Positions 17,466-27,600 of a stretch of 32,000 nucleotides of DNA are shown piece after piece. Source of the DNA: Aquifex aeolicus VF5 (GTDB lineage: Bacteria; Aquificota; Aquificia; Aquificales; Aquificaceae); contig NC_000918.1 in the NCBI RefSeq assembly GCF_000008625.1, forward strand, positions 210,001 to 242,000, in the 5' to 3' direction. The notes beneath the pieces are model-generated. The model saw only the letters and a program-made list of their open reading frames with translations. It did not search any database and had not been told where the DNA came from. How positions within the stretch are numbered: the first letter of the stretch is position 1; each line of letters begins with the position of its first letter. Position numbers and translations under genes: made by a program.

Positions 17466-18040
17466 ATTAAATCCTGTCTGTTGCAGTACTCCATTGCGTG
17501 CTCGGGGGAAATTTCTATCGCCCTCATTAAACACCTTACAGCTTTTTTAATGACCTGAGAAATTACCTTTTCTTCCTCGGGTGAAAAGGGGGAAAGGACG
17601 TACTTAACAACGTCTTCCTTCTTCTTCGGTCTTCCTATACCTATCCTCAAACGGGGAAAGTTCTGTGTTCCTATGTACTTTATTATGGACTCAACGCCTC
17701 TGTGTCCTCCTGAACTCCCTTTTAACCTAAGTCTCATATGCCCTAAGGGAAGATCAAGGTCGTCGTAGACCACTATCATCTGCTCGGGTGATAGTTTGTA
17801 CTCTTCGAGGAGGTTGTAAACTGCAGCCCCCGAGTTGTTCATGTAAGTCATGGGCTTTGCGAGTATTACTTCTTTTCCTCCGATACGGGCTTTGTAAACG
17901 TGGGAAAGGGCCTCCTCAAAGGGCCCCTTTGCCCTAAGAGCCTTTACAAGTTCGTCTATTACCATAAAACCGACATTATGCCGGGTTTTCTCGTACTCCT
18001 TCCCCGGATTTCCTAAACCTACTACTAGTTTAATGTCCAT
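17462..18040 (-). CDS. pth: peptidyl-tRNA hydrolase
   Basis: LVVGLGNPGKEYEKTRHNVGF, DDLDLPLG..RLRLKGSSGGHRG. 192 aa. It sits directly downstream of the L25/ctc gene, as in many bacteria. Confidence 0.9.
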   Translation of the reverse strand: MDIKLVVGLGNPGKEYEKTRHNVGFMVIDELVKALRAKGPFEEALSHVYKARIGGKEVILAKPMTYMNNSGAAVYNLLEEYKLSPEQMIVVYDDLDLPLGHMRLRLKGSSGGHRGVESIIKYIGTQNFPRLRIGIGRPKKKEDVVKYVLSPFSPEEEKVISQVIKKAVRCLMRAIEISPEHAMEYCNRQDLI

Positions 18041-18044
18041 TCAA

Positions 18045-18652
18045 TTAGGAAGTTGCTTCCGTTTCTCCCGTTTCTTCTGCTCCTGTCTCCTCTTCGCCTA
18101 TTACTTCTTCTTCGGGCTCGTAAACTACCGCTACCGTTTCTTCAGGATTGTCAAGGATCATACATCCTTCGGGAGGTGTTATGTCTCTGACGTGGAGCGC
18201 TTCTCCGAGTCCGAGTCCAGATACGTCAACCACTATTTTTTCGGGTATCTTTGCAGGAGGAGCTTTGATTGTCAATGTGTGCATTACGGGTTCAAACGTT
18301 CCGCCGGCTTCTACACCCGCGGGTGTTCCAACGAATTCAATGGGAACTTCCACTTCAATTTCCTCAACGTTTGAGAGGTCGTACAGGTCGATGTGTATGG
18401 GATTGTTTCCGAGCCAACCGAATTGAATGTCCTTTAAAAGACAAACCCTCGTTTCTCCGTCAAGTTCTGCCTCAATAAGAAAAGCCTCTCCGTGGGGCAA
18501 GAAGCAAAATCTTTAACGTTAATCCAGGCGTGCTTATTCTCAACTCCCTTTCCGTAAATTTCCACAGGGAGCCACCCTTCCCTTCTTTTCCTCTTAAGGT
18601 CGCTCTTCCTTCCGGGTTTCCTTGGTAAAAGCTTAACCTTTACTCTCCTCAT
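18045..18652 (-). pseudogene. rplY: 50S ribosomal protein L25 / general stress protein Ctc, split by one frameshift
   Basis: ORF 18434..18652 gives the L25 N-terminus (RKSDLKRKRREGWLPVEIYGKGVENKHAWINVKDF), then goes out of frame. ORF 18045..18500 continues the family sequence (LPHGEAFLIEAELDGETRVCLLKDIQF...IHIDLYDL...VEVPIEFVGTPAGV...) with an acidic tail. The junction is at about 18497..18512. Confidence 0.75.
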
Positions 18653-18715
18653 TTTCCATTCCTCCGTAGATCAGAAAACTTTATTATACATAAGTTTTTC
18701 TTTAAATTTATTCCT

Positions 18716-19936
18716 ATGAGTGAGAGGGAAGAGTTCAAGTTCAACACGGTGGAAGAAGCAATAGAAGACATAAGACAGGGGAAGATGGTAATAGTTGTGG
18801 ACGACCCAGACAGGGAAAACGAAGGAGACCTCGTAATGGCTGCAGAAAAGGTTACCCCTGAGGCCATAAACTTCATGGCAAAGTACGGGAGGGGACTAAT
18901 ATGCCTGTCACTCACTCCAGAAAGGTGTGAACAACTGGACCTCCACCCCATGACTCCTATGAATACGGACCCAAAAGGTACTTACTTTTGCGTTTCCATA
19001 GATGCCCACCCAAAGCATGGAACGACAACTGGAATTTCCGCCTACGACAGGGCCTTGACTATAAAACTCGCTATTTCCCCCGACGCTAAGCCCTCGGACT
19101 TCGTAAGACCAGGACACGTTTTTCCCTTAAAGGCAAGACCTGGAGGAGTTTTGGAAAGGGCGGGACACACGGAGGCTTCCGTTGACCTTGCAAGACTCGC
19201 TGGACTCTACCCCGCCGGAGTTATTTGTGAGATTATGAAAGACGACGGAACCATGGCGAGGGTTCCCGACCTTATGGAGTTTGCGAAAAAGCACAACCTG
19301 AAAATAATCACAATAGCGGATCTAATAAAGTACAGGTTGAGGAGAGAAACCTTAGTAGAGAAGGTTGCAAGTGCTCACCTTCCCACTCCCTGGGGAGTTT
19401 TCAAGATACACGCTTACAGGCACAAACTCACTGGTGAAGAGCAGGTGGCCCTCACGATGGGTGAGTGGAAAGAAGACGAACCCGTTCTCGTCAGAGTTCA
19501 CTCGGAATGCCTGACTGGAGACGTTTTCCGTTCCTTCAGGTGTGACTGCAGACCTCAGCTTGAGAAAGCCCTTGAGATGATAGCAAAGGAAGGAAAAGGA
19601 GTTCTCGTTTACATACTCGGGCACGAGGGAAGGGGTATAGGAATAGCGAACAAAATTAAAGCTTACGAACTTCAGGAGAAGGGATACGACACGGTGGAGG
19701 CGAACGAAAAACTCGGATACCCACCTGACCTCAGGGACTACGGTATAGGGGCACAGATACTCAGAGACCTCGGGGTCAGAAAAATGAAACTAATGACGAA
19801 TAACCCGAGGAAGATTGTGGCTCTTGAAGGCTTCGGACTGGAAGTAGTTGAAAGAGTACCTATAAAAATAGAACCAAATCCTTATAACAAAATTTACCTG
19901 CAGGTTAAAAAGGACAAGCTGGGGCACATGTTCTAA
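18716..19936 (+). CDS. ribBA: bifunctional 3,4-dihydroxy-2-butanone-4-phosphate synthase / GTP cyclohydrolase II
   Basis: RibB half: [34 protein letters not shown]. RibA half: [36 protein letters not shown]. 406 aa. Confidence 0.9.
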   Translation: MSEREEFKFNTVEEAIEDIRQGKMVIVVDDPDRENEGDLVMAAEKVTPEAINFMAKYGRGLICLSLTPERCEQLDLHPMTPMNTDPKGTYFCVSIDAHPKHGTTTGISAYDRALTIKLAISPDAKPSDFVRPGHVFPLKARPGGVLERAGHTEASVDLARLAGLYPAGVICEIMKDDGTMARVPDLMEFAKKHNLKIITIADLIKYRLRRETLVEKVASAHLPTPWGVFKIHAYRHKLTGEEQVALTMGEWKEDEPVLVRVHSECLTGDVFRSFRCDCRPQLEKALEMIAKEGKGVLVYILGHEGRGIGIANKIKAYELQEKGYDTVEANEKLGYPPDLRDYGIGAQILRDLGVRKMKLMTNNPRKIVALEGFGLEVVERVPIKIEPNPYNKIYLQVKKDKLGHMF

Positions 19937-21837
19937 GCTCTTCGTGCCCCGAGTTCTTCCAATCTCTTCTTTAGTTCTTCAACCTCGTCCTCTTCGGAAA
20001 GTCCCAAGTAATCTAAGAGCTTTTTAACACTTACCCACTTTTTCAAAACCATTCCCTGAGTTATTAGTTTTTCAAAGGGCTCGTCGTCCCTCACAAGTCC
20101 GAGATCCTTTAAGAACTTCTGGAAGAACCTGGCGTAAAGCAGGTGGAGAACTGCGTGTTCAATCCCACCTATGTAAACGTCAACGGGCATCCAGTAATCC
20201 ACCTTTTCCCTGCTGAAAGGCTCTCTGTCGTTCTTAGGGTCGCAAAATCTCAGGAAGTACCAGGAGCTGTCAAAGAAGGTATCCATGGTGTCCGTTTCCC
20301 TTCTCGCCTTTCCTCCGCACTTGGGACATGTGGTGTTTACAAACTCTTCTGAGGTCTCAAGAGGGTTTCCCTGTCCCGTGAACTTCACGTCTAAGGGGAG
20401 TTTTACGGGGAGCTGATCCTCCGGAACTGGAACCATTCCGCACTTTTCGCAGTAAACGACGGGAATGGGAGTTCCCCAGTACCTTTGGCGGGATATGTTC
20501 CAGTCCCTTAATCTGTAGGAGACTTTCTTTTCTCCCAGACCTCTATCTTGGAGCCACTCGGTGATTTTCCTCTTTGCGGTTTCGCTGTCGAGCCCGTCAA
20601 AGCCGTCGGAGTTTACAAGAGTTCCCTTTCCCTCATAAGCTCCCTTTTCAAAGTCCCACGCACCTTCGGGTTTTACTACAACCTTAATGGGAAGGTCATA
20701 CTTCTTTGCAAATTCCCAGTCCCTCTGGTCGTGGGCGGGAACGCACATTATAGCTCCCGTTCCGTACTCATAAAGGACGTAGTTTGCACTCCAGACTGGT
20801 ATCTTTTCCCCGTTTGCCGGGTTGGTTGCGTAAACACCGAGGAAGACACCTTCCTTATCCTCTTCCATTGTCCTCTCTCTCGTGGACATCTTCTTCATCT
20901 TTTCCACGAAGTTTTCAACGTCCGAATAACAAGCATTTCCGAGTCTTTCCCCTATGCAGGCGAGCACGGGAACTAAGGGGTGTTCTGGGGCAAGTACCAC
21001 AAAAGTAGCCCCGAAAACTGTGTCGGGTCTCGTCGTAAACACGTCTATGTATATCCTCTTTTCCTTTAAGAGTGTTTCTTTAAGTTCTTCAGGAACGCAG
21101 TTCAGGAACTTTTCGGGCTCTTCAATTTCTACGTAAAACCTGATTAAGGCTCCTTCGGAGCGTCCTATCCAGTTCCTCTGCTGGGCTATTACCCTTTCGG
21201 GCCACTTGCCTTCCAGTTTTTTGAGGTCCTCAAGCAGTCTATCGGCGTAAGCGGTAATCCTCAAAAACCAGGAAGGAACTTCTTTCTGGACTATGGGCGT
21301 TCCGCACCTCCAGCACTTTCCTTCTATCACCTGTTCGTTTGCAAGTACGGTCTGGTCGTGAGGACACCAGTTAACTTTTGCGGTTTTCCTGTAAGCTATT
21401 CCCCTCTCGAGCATCTTTAAGAAAATCCACTGGTTCCACTTGTAGTATTCCGGATCGCAGGTTGCTATCTCCCTGTCCCAGTCGTAGGAAAACCCGAGTA
21501 TCTTTAATTGTTTTTTCATGTAATCTATGTTTTCGTAGGTCCACTTTGCAGGGTGTATCCCGTGTTTTATCGCTGCGTTTTCCGCCGGAAGACCGAAGGC
21601 GTCCCACCCCATCGGGTGGAGTATGTTCTTTCCCCTCATCTTCAGGTATCTCGCTATGGCGTCCCCTATGGTGTAGTTCCTCACGTGACCCATGTGTATC
21701 CTTCCGGAAGGGTAGGGGAACATCTCAAGGACGTAAAACTTGTTGGGCTTTCCTTCTTGGGCTTTGAACACTCCCGCTTCTTCCCATCTCTTTTGCCACT
21801 TTTTCTCTATTTCCCTCGGGTTAAACTCCTTCATCAT
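19933..21837 (-). CDS. leuS: leucyl-tRNA synthetase, alpha subunit of a split enzyme (HIGH motif plus CP1 editing domain; no KMSKS or anticodon-binding domain)
   Basis: [15 protein letters not shown] (HIGH), zinc-type CxxC pairs, a CP1 editing region ([19 protein letters not shown]), then ...LITQGMVL followed by a short unrelated tail and a stop. 634 aa. Confidence 0.9.
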   Translation of the reverse strand: MMKEFNPREIEKKWQKRWEEAGVFKAQEGKPNKFYVLEMFPYPSGRIHMGHVRNYTIGDAIARYLKMRGKNILHPMGWDAFGLPAENAAIKHGIHPAKWTYENIDYMKKQLKILGFSYDWDREIATCDPEYYKWNQWIFLKMLERGIAYRKTAKVNWCPHDQTVLANEQVIEGKCWRCGTPIVQKEVPSWFLRITAYADRLLEDLKKLEGKWPERVIAQQRNWIGRSEGALIRFYVEIEEPEKFLNCVPEELKETLLKEKRIYIDVFTTRPDTVFGATFVVLAPEHPLVPVLACIGERLGNACYSDVENFVEKMKKMSTRERTMEEDKEGVFLGVYATNPANGEKIPVWSANYVLYEYGTGAIMCVPAHDQRDWEFAKKYDLPIKVVVKPEGAWDFEKGAYEGKGTLVNSDGFDGLDSETAKRKITEWLQDRGLGEKKVSYRLRDWNISRQRYWGTPIPVVYCEKCGMVPVPEDQLPVKLPLDVKFTGQGNPLETSEEFVNTTCPKCGGKARRETDTMDTFFDSSWYFLRFCDPKNDREPFSREKVDYWMPVDVYIGGIEHAVLHLLYARFFQKFLKDLGLVRDDEPFEKLITQGMVLKKWVSVKKLLDYLGLSEEDEVEELKKRLEELGARRA

Positions 21838-21840
21838 TAC

Positions 21841-22578
21841 TTAGAATATAACAGCGGTCAGGAAGTAGTCGGAAATCAGGATTAACATTGAAGAAGTCAC
21901 GACGGAGTTTGTGGTAGCCTTTCCCACACCCGCAGTTCCACCTTTAGTGTAAAACCCGTAGTAACAACTTACCGCTCCGATTATAAAACCGAAAAAGGTA
22001 GCCTTGTACAGTCCCCCCACGATGTCGTGAAACTCCGTTAAATCAACCATCTTCTGCCAGTAAAGGTATTCGTTAACTCCGAAGAGTTTAGTTGCCACGA
22101 ACCACCCGCCGAATATCCCCGCAACATCCGAAAGTACGGTAAGTAAAGGTACTCCGAACGTTGTTGCGAAAATCCTTGGCGTTACTAAAAAACTTATTGG
22201 GTTTATAGCCATAACTTCCAGGGCATCTATCTGCTGTGTAATTCTCATAGTTCCTATACTCGCGGTCATCGCCGACCCAACCCTTGCCACCACCATGAGA
22301 GAGGTGAGAACCGGTCCTAGTTCCCTTCCCATGGATATGGCAACCACCGCACCTATCAGGTATTCCGCGTTAAACCTGTGAAAGGTAGAGTAGGTCTGTA
22401 AGGCAATAACTCCTCCGGTGAAGAGAGAAGTCACAAGCACCACGGGGGTGGTTTCAGCCGCAACGTAAGTGAGCTGGGAGATGAAGTGTTTTAAGCGGGG
22501 CGGTTTTTTGAATAAAAAGAAGATGGACCACAGGGTCAAAAGCGTGGCCCTTCCGACTTCTTCCAGAAATTTCGTCAT
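21841..22578 (-). CDS. mlaE: MlaE/YrbE-family ABC transporter permease
   Basis: 245 aa polytopic protein. GRELGPVLTSLMVVARVGSAMTASIGTMRITQQIDALEVM is the conserved MlaE core. Confidence 0.8.
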   Translation of the reverse strand: MTKFLEEVGRATLLTLWSIFFLFKKPPRLKHFISQLTYVAAETTPVVLVTSLFTGGVIALQTYSTFHRFNAEYLIGAVVAISMGRELGPVLTSLMVVARVGSAMTASIGTMRITQQIDALEVMAINPISFLVTPRIFATTFGVPLLTVLSDVAGIFGGWFVATKLFGVNEYLYWQKMVDLTEFHDIVGGLYKATFFGFIIGAVSCYYGFYTKGGTAGVGKATTNSVVTSSMLILISDYFLTAVIF

Positions 22579-22591
22579 TTAAGGAAGAATT

Positions 22592-24178
22592 TTAAAGTAT
22601 TCCCTCCTCTTCGTCCTTCATGAGTTTGTAAACTATGCTGTCGCGAAGGGCTATCCACGAAGCCTCTATAACGTTTTCAGAAACCCCTACCGTTCCCCAC
22701 TTTCTCTTTCCGTCTGTACTTTCTATTAAAACCCTTACTTTAGCAGACGTTCCCGCACTTTCGTTTATTATCCTCACCTTGTAGTCTATGAGCTGGAGTT
22801 CTTTCAGGTTCGGGTAAAACTCCTCAAGGGCTTTTCTCAGAGCTCTGTCAAGGGCACTTATCGGCCCGTTCCCTAGAGATGCCGTGTGTTCTTCCACTCC
22901 CTCCACGGAAAGCCTTACTGTAGCCTCTGAAGTTGGGAGACTGTCATCCCTCCTTTTTGCTATAAGCACCCTGTAGGCGTCAAAGTCGAAGTAATCCTTG
23001 ACAAGTCCAAAGTGTCTCTTTATGAGGAGTTCTAAAGATGCTTCCGCGGCTTCGAAGTGGTAACCCTCCTTTTCGAGTTCCTTAATCTTATCTATCAATT
23101 TTTTAAGTTCGGGAGATTTTGGATCTATCTCTATACCGAACTCCTTTAACTTGTGAACGAGGTTGCTCCTTCCTGCAAGATCAGAAACTGTAATCTTTCT
23201 CTTATTACCGACAAGTTCCGGATTTATGTGCTCGTAAGTTTTCGCGTTCTTCAGAACCGCGGAGGCGTGAACACCTCCCTTGTGTGCGAAGGCACTCTCA
23301 CCCACGTAGGGCATATTTCTGGGAAGTGGCATGTTTATTATCTCCGCAACGAAGTTCGCAAGCTCCGTTAACTTCTTTAAATTTTCCTGAGGTATTACGT
23401 CAAATCCGAGCTTCAATTGAAGGTTCGGGATTATTGAACAGAGGTTTGCGTTTCCCGTCCTCTCGCCGATTCCGTTTATGGTACCGTGAACCTGTCTCGC
23501 GCCCGCAAGGACGGCCATCAAAGAGTTTGCCACCGCAGTTTCCGAGTCGTTGTGGGCGTGTATTCCTACGTTTGCATCCTTAAACCTCTCTTTTACTTTC
23601 TTCGTGATTTCGTATATCTCGTGTGGAAGGGTGCCTCCGTTTGTGTCGCAGAGAACGACCCAGTCCGCTCCGCCTTTCAGAGCAGCTTCCAAAACTTGAA
23701 GTGCGTACTCGGGGTTTGACTTGTAGCCGTCGAAGAAGTGCTCAGCGTCAAATATAACCTCGTCAACGTACCTCTTGAGGTACTCAACGGTCTCGTAAAT
23801 CATATTTAAATTCTCTTCAAGGGTGGTTTTGAGGGCATCTGTAACGTGTAGATCCCAGCTCTTTCCGAAAATCGTTACCACCGGTGTTTCCGCCTTTATC
23901 AAAGATTCCACTTGAGGGTCCTCACTCACTTTCTTATTGGGTCTCCTCGTAGAACCGAAGGCTGTCAGCTTTGCGTTTTTAAAGTTCATCTTTTTAGCCT
24001 TCTGGAAGAATAAATTATCTTTCGGGTTTGCGTAGGGCCAACCGCCTTCTATGTAGTGTATGCCAAAGTCATCCAGCTTTTCCGCTATCCTTATCTTATC
24101 CTCAAGGGAGAAACTCACTCCTTCCATCTGTGAACCGTCTCTGAGTGTCGTGTCGTAGATGTATACCTTTTCTGCCAT
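22592..24178 (-). CDS. citramalate synthase / 2-isopropylmalate synthase family enzyme (CimA-like long form)
   Basis: [44 protein letters not shown], plus a C-terminal LeuA-dimer regulatory domain. 528 aa. CimA versus LeuA cannot be decided by eye. Confidence 0.8.
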   Translation of the reverse strand: MAEKVYIYDTTLRDGSQMEGVSFSLEDKIRIAEKLDDFGIHYIEGGWPYANPKDNLFFQKAKKMNFKNAKLTAFGSTRRPNKKVSEDPQVESLIKAETPVVTIFGKSWDLHVTDALKTTLEENLNMIYETVEYLKRYVDEVIFDAEHFFDGYKSNPEYALQVLEAALKGGADWVVLCDTNGGTLPHEIYEITKKVKERFKDANVGIHAHNDSETAVANSLMAVLAGARQVHGTINGIGERTGNANLCSIIPNLQLKLGFDVIPQENLKKLTELANFVAEIINMPLPRNMPYVGESAFAHKGGVHASAVLKNAKTYEHINPELVGNKRKITVSDLAGRSNLVHKLKEFGIEIDPKSPELKKLIDKIKELEKEGYHFEAAEASLELLIKRHFGLVKDYFDFDAYRVLIAKRRDDSLPTSEATVRLSVEGVEEHTASLGNGPISALDRALRKALEEFYPNLKELQLIDYKVRIINESAGTSAKVRVLIESTDGKRKWGTVGVSENVIEASWIALRDSIVYKLMKDEEEGIL

Positions 24179-24259
24179 GATAGGAATAATAAAATAGGAA
24201 AAGTTTTAACGATTGTTAAGGGTTAAAAAACTTCTTATAAAAGCCGATTATAATAATTG

Positions 24260-24526
24260 ATGGTGAACAGGATTGAACTCTCACGCCTTATAGGACTCTT
24301 ACTGGAAACGGAAAAGAGGAAGAACACGGAACAGAAGGAAAGCGGTACTAACAAAATAGAGGACAAGGTTACACTCTCCAAGATAGCTCAGGAACTTTCA
24401 AAGAACGACGTTGAAGAAAAAGACCTTGAGAAAAAAGTAAAGGAGTTAAAAGAAAAAATAGAAAAAGGAGAGTACGAAGTAAGCGACGAGAAAGTGGTGA
24501 AAGGACTGATAGAGTTTTTTACGTAA
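24260..24526 (+). CDS. flgM: anti-sigma-28 factor FlgM-like protein
   Basis: Small (88 aa) protein with a disordered-looking N-terminus and the C-terminal motif KVKELKEKIEKGEYEVSDEKVVKGLIEFF, typical of FlgM. I prefer the ATG at 24260 over the track's TTG at 24257. Confidence 0.6.
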   Translation: MVNRIELSRLIGLLLETEKRKNTEQKESGTNKIEDKVTLSKIAQELSKNDVEEKDLEKKVKELKEKIEKGEYEVSDEKVVKGLIEFFT

Positions 24527-24589
24527 TATAACAAATCCCTTATAAGACTATTACTCATCTTTAAAAAATCCTAAATTATATCCTTACCT

Positions 24590-26518
24590 ATGGATTCAAT
24601 TTCCTTTTACGAGTACCTTCTTACTAAAGGTTTTGAAGAGAGAAAGTCCCAGAGGGAGATGATAAAGATAGTGGAAGAGGCACTGGAGGAGGGAGGAGTT
24701 AAATTAATAGAAGCTCCCACGGGAACGGGAAAGACCTTCGCTTACTTAATTCCCATAATTGTTAATAAACAAAAGGCGATAATCTCTACAGGAACGAAGA
24801 TTCTTCAGGATCAATTAAAGAGGGACATAGAGTTTTTAGCCGGTCACTGGAAGCTCTTGACAGGACAGAAGGTAAATTACGCGGTAATAAAGGGAAAGGG
24901 AAATTACCTCTGTATAGACAGGTTTAAGAAAGAAGAAATTCCAGAAGCGGACAGGCTGGAAGTGGAAACCTTTATGGAAACCGAGTGGGACGGAGACCTT
25001 ACTTTAACAGGACTTGCTTCTGAAACTATTGTAAAAATAAACGTTGATGACGATTACTGCACCTTTGCGTACAGGATGGCGTGTCCCTTTTACAGGGAAT
25101 GTTATTACTGGGCTAAGGTAAAACGAAGGGAGGAAAACGCTGACATACTCGTGGTAAACCACTCCCTATTAGCACTCAAAGAGTTTGAGACAAAAGACAA
25201 AGTACTCGTCATAGACGAAGCCCACGAGCTTGACAGGTACTTAACCCTCGCAACGACCTTCGGTATAAGTCTTTACTGGTTTAAGGATCTTCAAAAAAGT
25301 CTTGAAAAACTTCTGGGAGAAAGTGTAAACATACCCGCGGAAGAATTCTTCAGGAATAACTTTGAAAAGCTCTTTGATGAGGAGAGCAACGAGGCAGCCC
25401 TTGAAAGCCTGAGAGAGTACATCCCCCAGATGAAAACACTTCTTTACATACCCTTAAATGAGGCTGTGGAAAAACTCAGGAAGAAAGTCAAAGAAGAAGT
25501 GGAGAAATTCGTCAAAGAAACCCTTATGGTCAGCTACACCTTTAAGGACTTCCTTGAAAATACCTTGCTCTTTGACAGAGACCTGATTGATTCCGTAAAC
25601 GCTGGATACGAAGAACCAACGGAAAGAGAAAAGGAATTAATCAACAAAGTCAAAAAAATAGATTACTACAGGAGGAAGTTAAACAAACTGAAAGCGTTTA
25701 TAAGGACTGCCGAAGACGAAGAGGAAGGCGTAGGCTACAAAGTATCAAGGGCTTGGAGTAAAAAACTGAACGGTTATAACTACAGACTTGAAGCCTTCCT
25801 TATATTTCCGAGAAATGTAATAGATCCCGAGGAGTACAAGGCGGTAATCTTAACTTCCGCAACCGTGGAGCCTGAAGACATATACCTCACAACTGGGATA
25901 ACCGGGGAGTTTTACACACTTCCCCACAACTATGACTACACAACGTCTACCATATTCATAGAGGACACGAACCCAAAAAAGGAAGACTGGAAGGACAAAC
26001 TCACGACAAATTACTACATCCTCAGGAGCGAATACGACAAAGTCCTCGTTCTTCTCACGAACAAGGAACACCTGAAGCTTTTCGAAGAAGACGAAGAGGT
26101 AGGCATTCAGGGAAAGGACAGCTTAACGAGGTTGATAGAGTTTTTAAGAAGCGGAAGGATAAAGGCTTTAATTGGACTTGATAGCCTCTGGACAGGTGTT
26201 GACGTAAAGGGAGAGAAAGGTATTCTGATGTCAAAACTCCCCTTTGAAAACCCGAGAGATCCCCTTACGTACCACAGGCTGAAGTTCTTAGAAAAGGTAG
26301 GAGAAGACCCCTTTACATACCAAAGGAGAAAAGCTTACATAAAGTTCAGACAAGGAGTGGGGAGACTAATAAGGCAGAACTCCGACAAAGGAAAGATAGT
26401 TCTGTGCGACAACAGGATATGGCGATACAGGGAGTTCGTGGACTTCCTACGTTCCTTAGGAATAAACATAGTGAGTAAGGGCAAGTTCAAGAGAAAGAAG
26501 AGAACTCCTTTCTGGTAG
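24590..26518 (+). CDS. dinG: DinG/XPD-family (Rad3-like) ATP-dependent DNA helicase
   Basis: Walker A EAPTGTGKTF, DEAH box VIDEAHEL, four Cys between them (YLCID, DYCTF, ACPFY, RECYY) consistent with an Fe-S domain, and C-terminal motifs TSATV and RQGVGRLIR. 642 aa. Confidence 0.8.
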   Translation: MDSISFYEYLLTKGFEERKSQREMIKIVEEALEEGGVKLIEAPTGTGKTFAYLIPIIVNKQKAIISTGTKILQDQLKRDIEFLAGHWKLLTGQKVNYAVIKGKGNYLCIDRFKKEEIPEADRLEVETFMETEWDGDLTLTGLASETIVKINVDDDYCTFAYRMACPFYRECYYWAKVKRREENADILVVNHSLLALKEFETKDKVLVIDEAHELDRYLTLATTFGISLYWFKDLQKSLEKLLGESVNIPAEEFFRNNFEKLFDEESNEAALESLREYIPQMKTLLYIPLNEAVEKLRKKVKEEVEKFVKETLMVSYTFKDFLENTLLFDRDLIDSVNAGYEEPTEREKELINKVKKIDYYRRKLNKLKAFIRTAEDEEEGVGYKVSRAWSKKLNGYNYRLEAFLIFPRNVIDPEEYKAVILTSATVEPEDIYLTTGITGEFYTLPHNYDYTTSTIFIEDTNPKKEDWKDKLTTNYYILRSEYDKVLVLLTNKEHLKLFEEDEEVGIQGKDSLTRLIEFLRSGRIKALIGLDSLWTGVDVKGEKGILMSKLPFENPRDPLTYHRLKFLEKVGEDPFTYQRRKAYIKFRQGVGRLIRQNSDKGKIVLCDNRIWRYREFVDFLRSLGINIVSKGKFKRKKRTPFW

Positions 26519-26529
26519 TATTTCACTAA

Positions 26530-27600
26530 ATGCTGCTTGACAGGTATCTGCTTTCCCGATTTCTCGGAATATTTCTCAACGTAAGTTTTGTGAGCGTTTT
26601 GCTCGTTTCCCTCTACGCACTCCTTGACTTCCTTGTAGGTTTTAAGGAAAAGCGAACTGACGTTGCACTCTCGTATTTTCTCAACATCCTGCCCTTAGGT
26701 TTTTACTACATCTCTTTCATAACGCTTTCCATATCTCTAATACTCTTTTTAAGGAAGGTATTTGAGAAAAAGATGGAGTTAACGGTTCAGAGTTTCGGGA
26801 TAAGTCCGCTGAGGTTTTCCCTTCCTGTGCTCCTATTTTCCGTCTTTTTATCCTCTACATTTTTACTCGGTAATGAGTACGCCTTTCCCAAACTCCTCGG
26901 TAACCTGTGGTTCATAGAAAAGAACTATAAAAAGAAACAGGAAGTCAAAGGATTTATAAAGAACTTCTGGTTCATTAAGAAAGAAAATGAGGTTAAAACT
27001 TATTATCACGTGGGAAACCTGAACTTATCCGACGGAAGTTTGTTTAATTTTTACACTATGAAAGTAGAAAGAAAGAATTTAAACCCTCTGGAAGTATTGA
27101 AAGTATTCTCAGGTGTTTGGAAAGATAAAGAAATCTTTATAAGAAGCGGAGAAATTTACGATTTTGAAAAGGGAAAGAGGGAAAAGGTATTCAACAAAAC
27201 TTTTAAGCTCGGACTTTCAATAAAGGAAGTAGAGCTCTTTTCCGAAAAGATAGATTTCTTAAGTTTGAGTGAAATCTTTTTCCTGATGCAGAAGAGTAAA
27301 AAAGTGGGTCTGAACGTGGACGTATACACAGGAGAACTCTTCTACAGGGTAATGTTTTCCCTTTCTCCCGTGTTTATCTCTATATTCAGTCTTTATCTTT
27401 TCTTCAAACATAAAGTGCTCTCTCAAGTTATTCCCAGATTCTTGGTTTTTATCGTAATCCTGTGGCTCGTTATACTTTCGCCTAAAATCCTCCCTCAGAA
27501 GGCAAACCAGCCCGTCCTTTACTCCCTTATTCCTATCTTCCTATTGATTCTTTACTCCTTAAAAGGAGTATACGATCTTCGCAAAGGATTCAGGGTCTAG
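26530..27600 (+). CDS. LptF/LptG (YjgP/YjgQ) family LPS export permease
   Basis: 356 aa. N-terminal LLDRYLLSRFLGIF, three N-terminal TM helices, a central soluble beta-rich insert, then three C-terminal TM helices, which is the family topology. Confidence 0.7.
   Translation: MLLDRYLLSRFLGIFLNVSFVSVLLVSLYALLDFLVGFKEKRTDVALSYFLNILPLGFYYISFITLSISLILFLRKVFEKKMELTVQSFGISPLRFSLPVLLFSVFLSSTFLLGNEYAFPKLLGNLWFIEKNYKKKQEVKGFIKNFWFIKKENEVKTYYHVGNLNLSDGSLFNFYTMKVERKNLNPLEVLKVFSGVWKDKEIFIRSGEIYDFEKGKREKVFNKTFKLGLSIKEVELFSEKIDFLSLSEIFFLMQKSKKVGLNVDVYTGELFYRVMFSLSPVFISIFSLYLFFKHKVLSQVIPRFLVFIVILWLVILSPKILPQKANQPVLYSLIPIFLLILYSLKGVYDLRKGFRV

Noticed and set aside
18653-18715. Possible FMN riboswitch upstream of ribBA
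   Set aside because: The spacer is only 63 nt and AT-rich, with no conserved FMN-element helices. It is too short for an RFN element.
18033-18951. Several plus- and minus-strand track ORFs overlapping the L25 and ribBA genes (18033..18374, 18148..18426, 18269..18478, 18649..18951)
   Set aside because: All overlap strongly recognisable genes on the other strand or frame and have no motifs. The only real anomaly here is the L25 frameshift.
20143-23719. Plus-strand track ORFs within leuS and the cimA/leuA-like gene (e.g. 20548..20976, 21378..21767, 23284..23583)
   Set aside because: They lie on the opposite strand within highly conserved enzymes. They are Arg/Ser/Pro-rich, as expected from antisense reading of Glu/Lys/Gly-rich genes.
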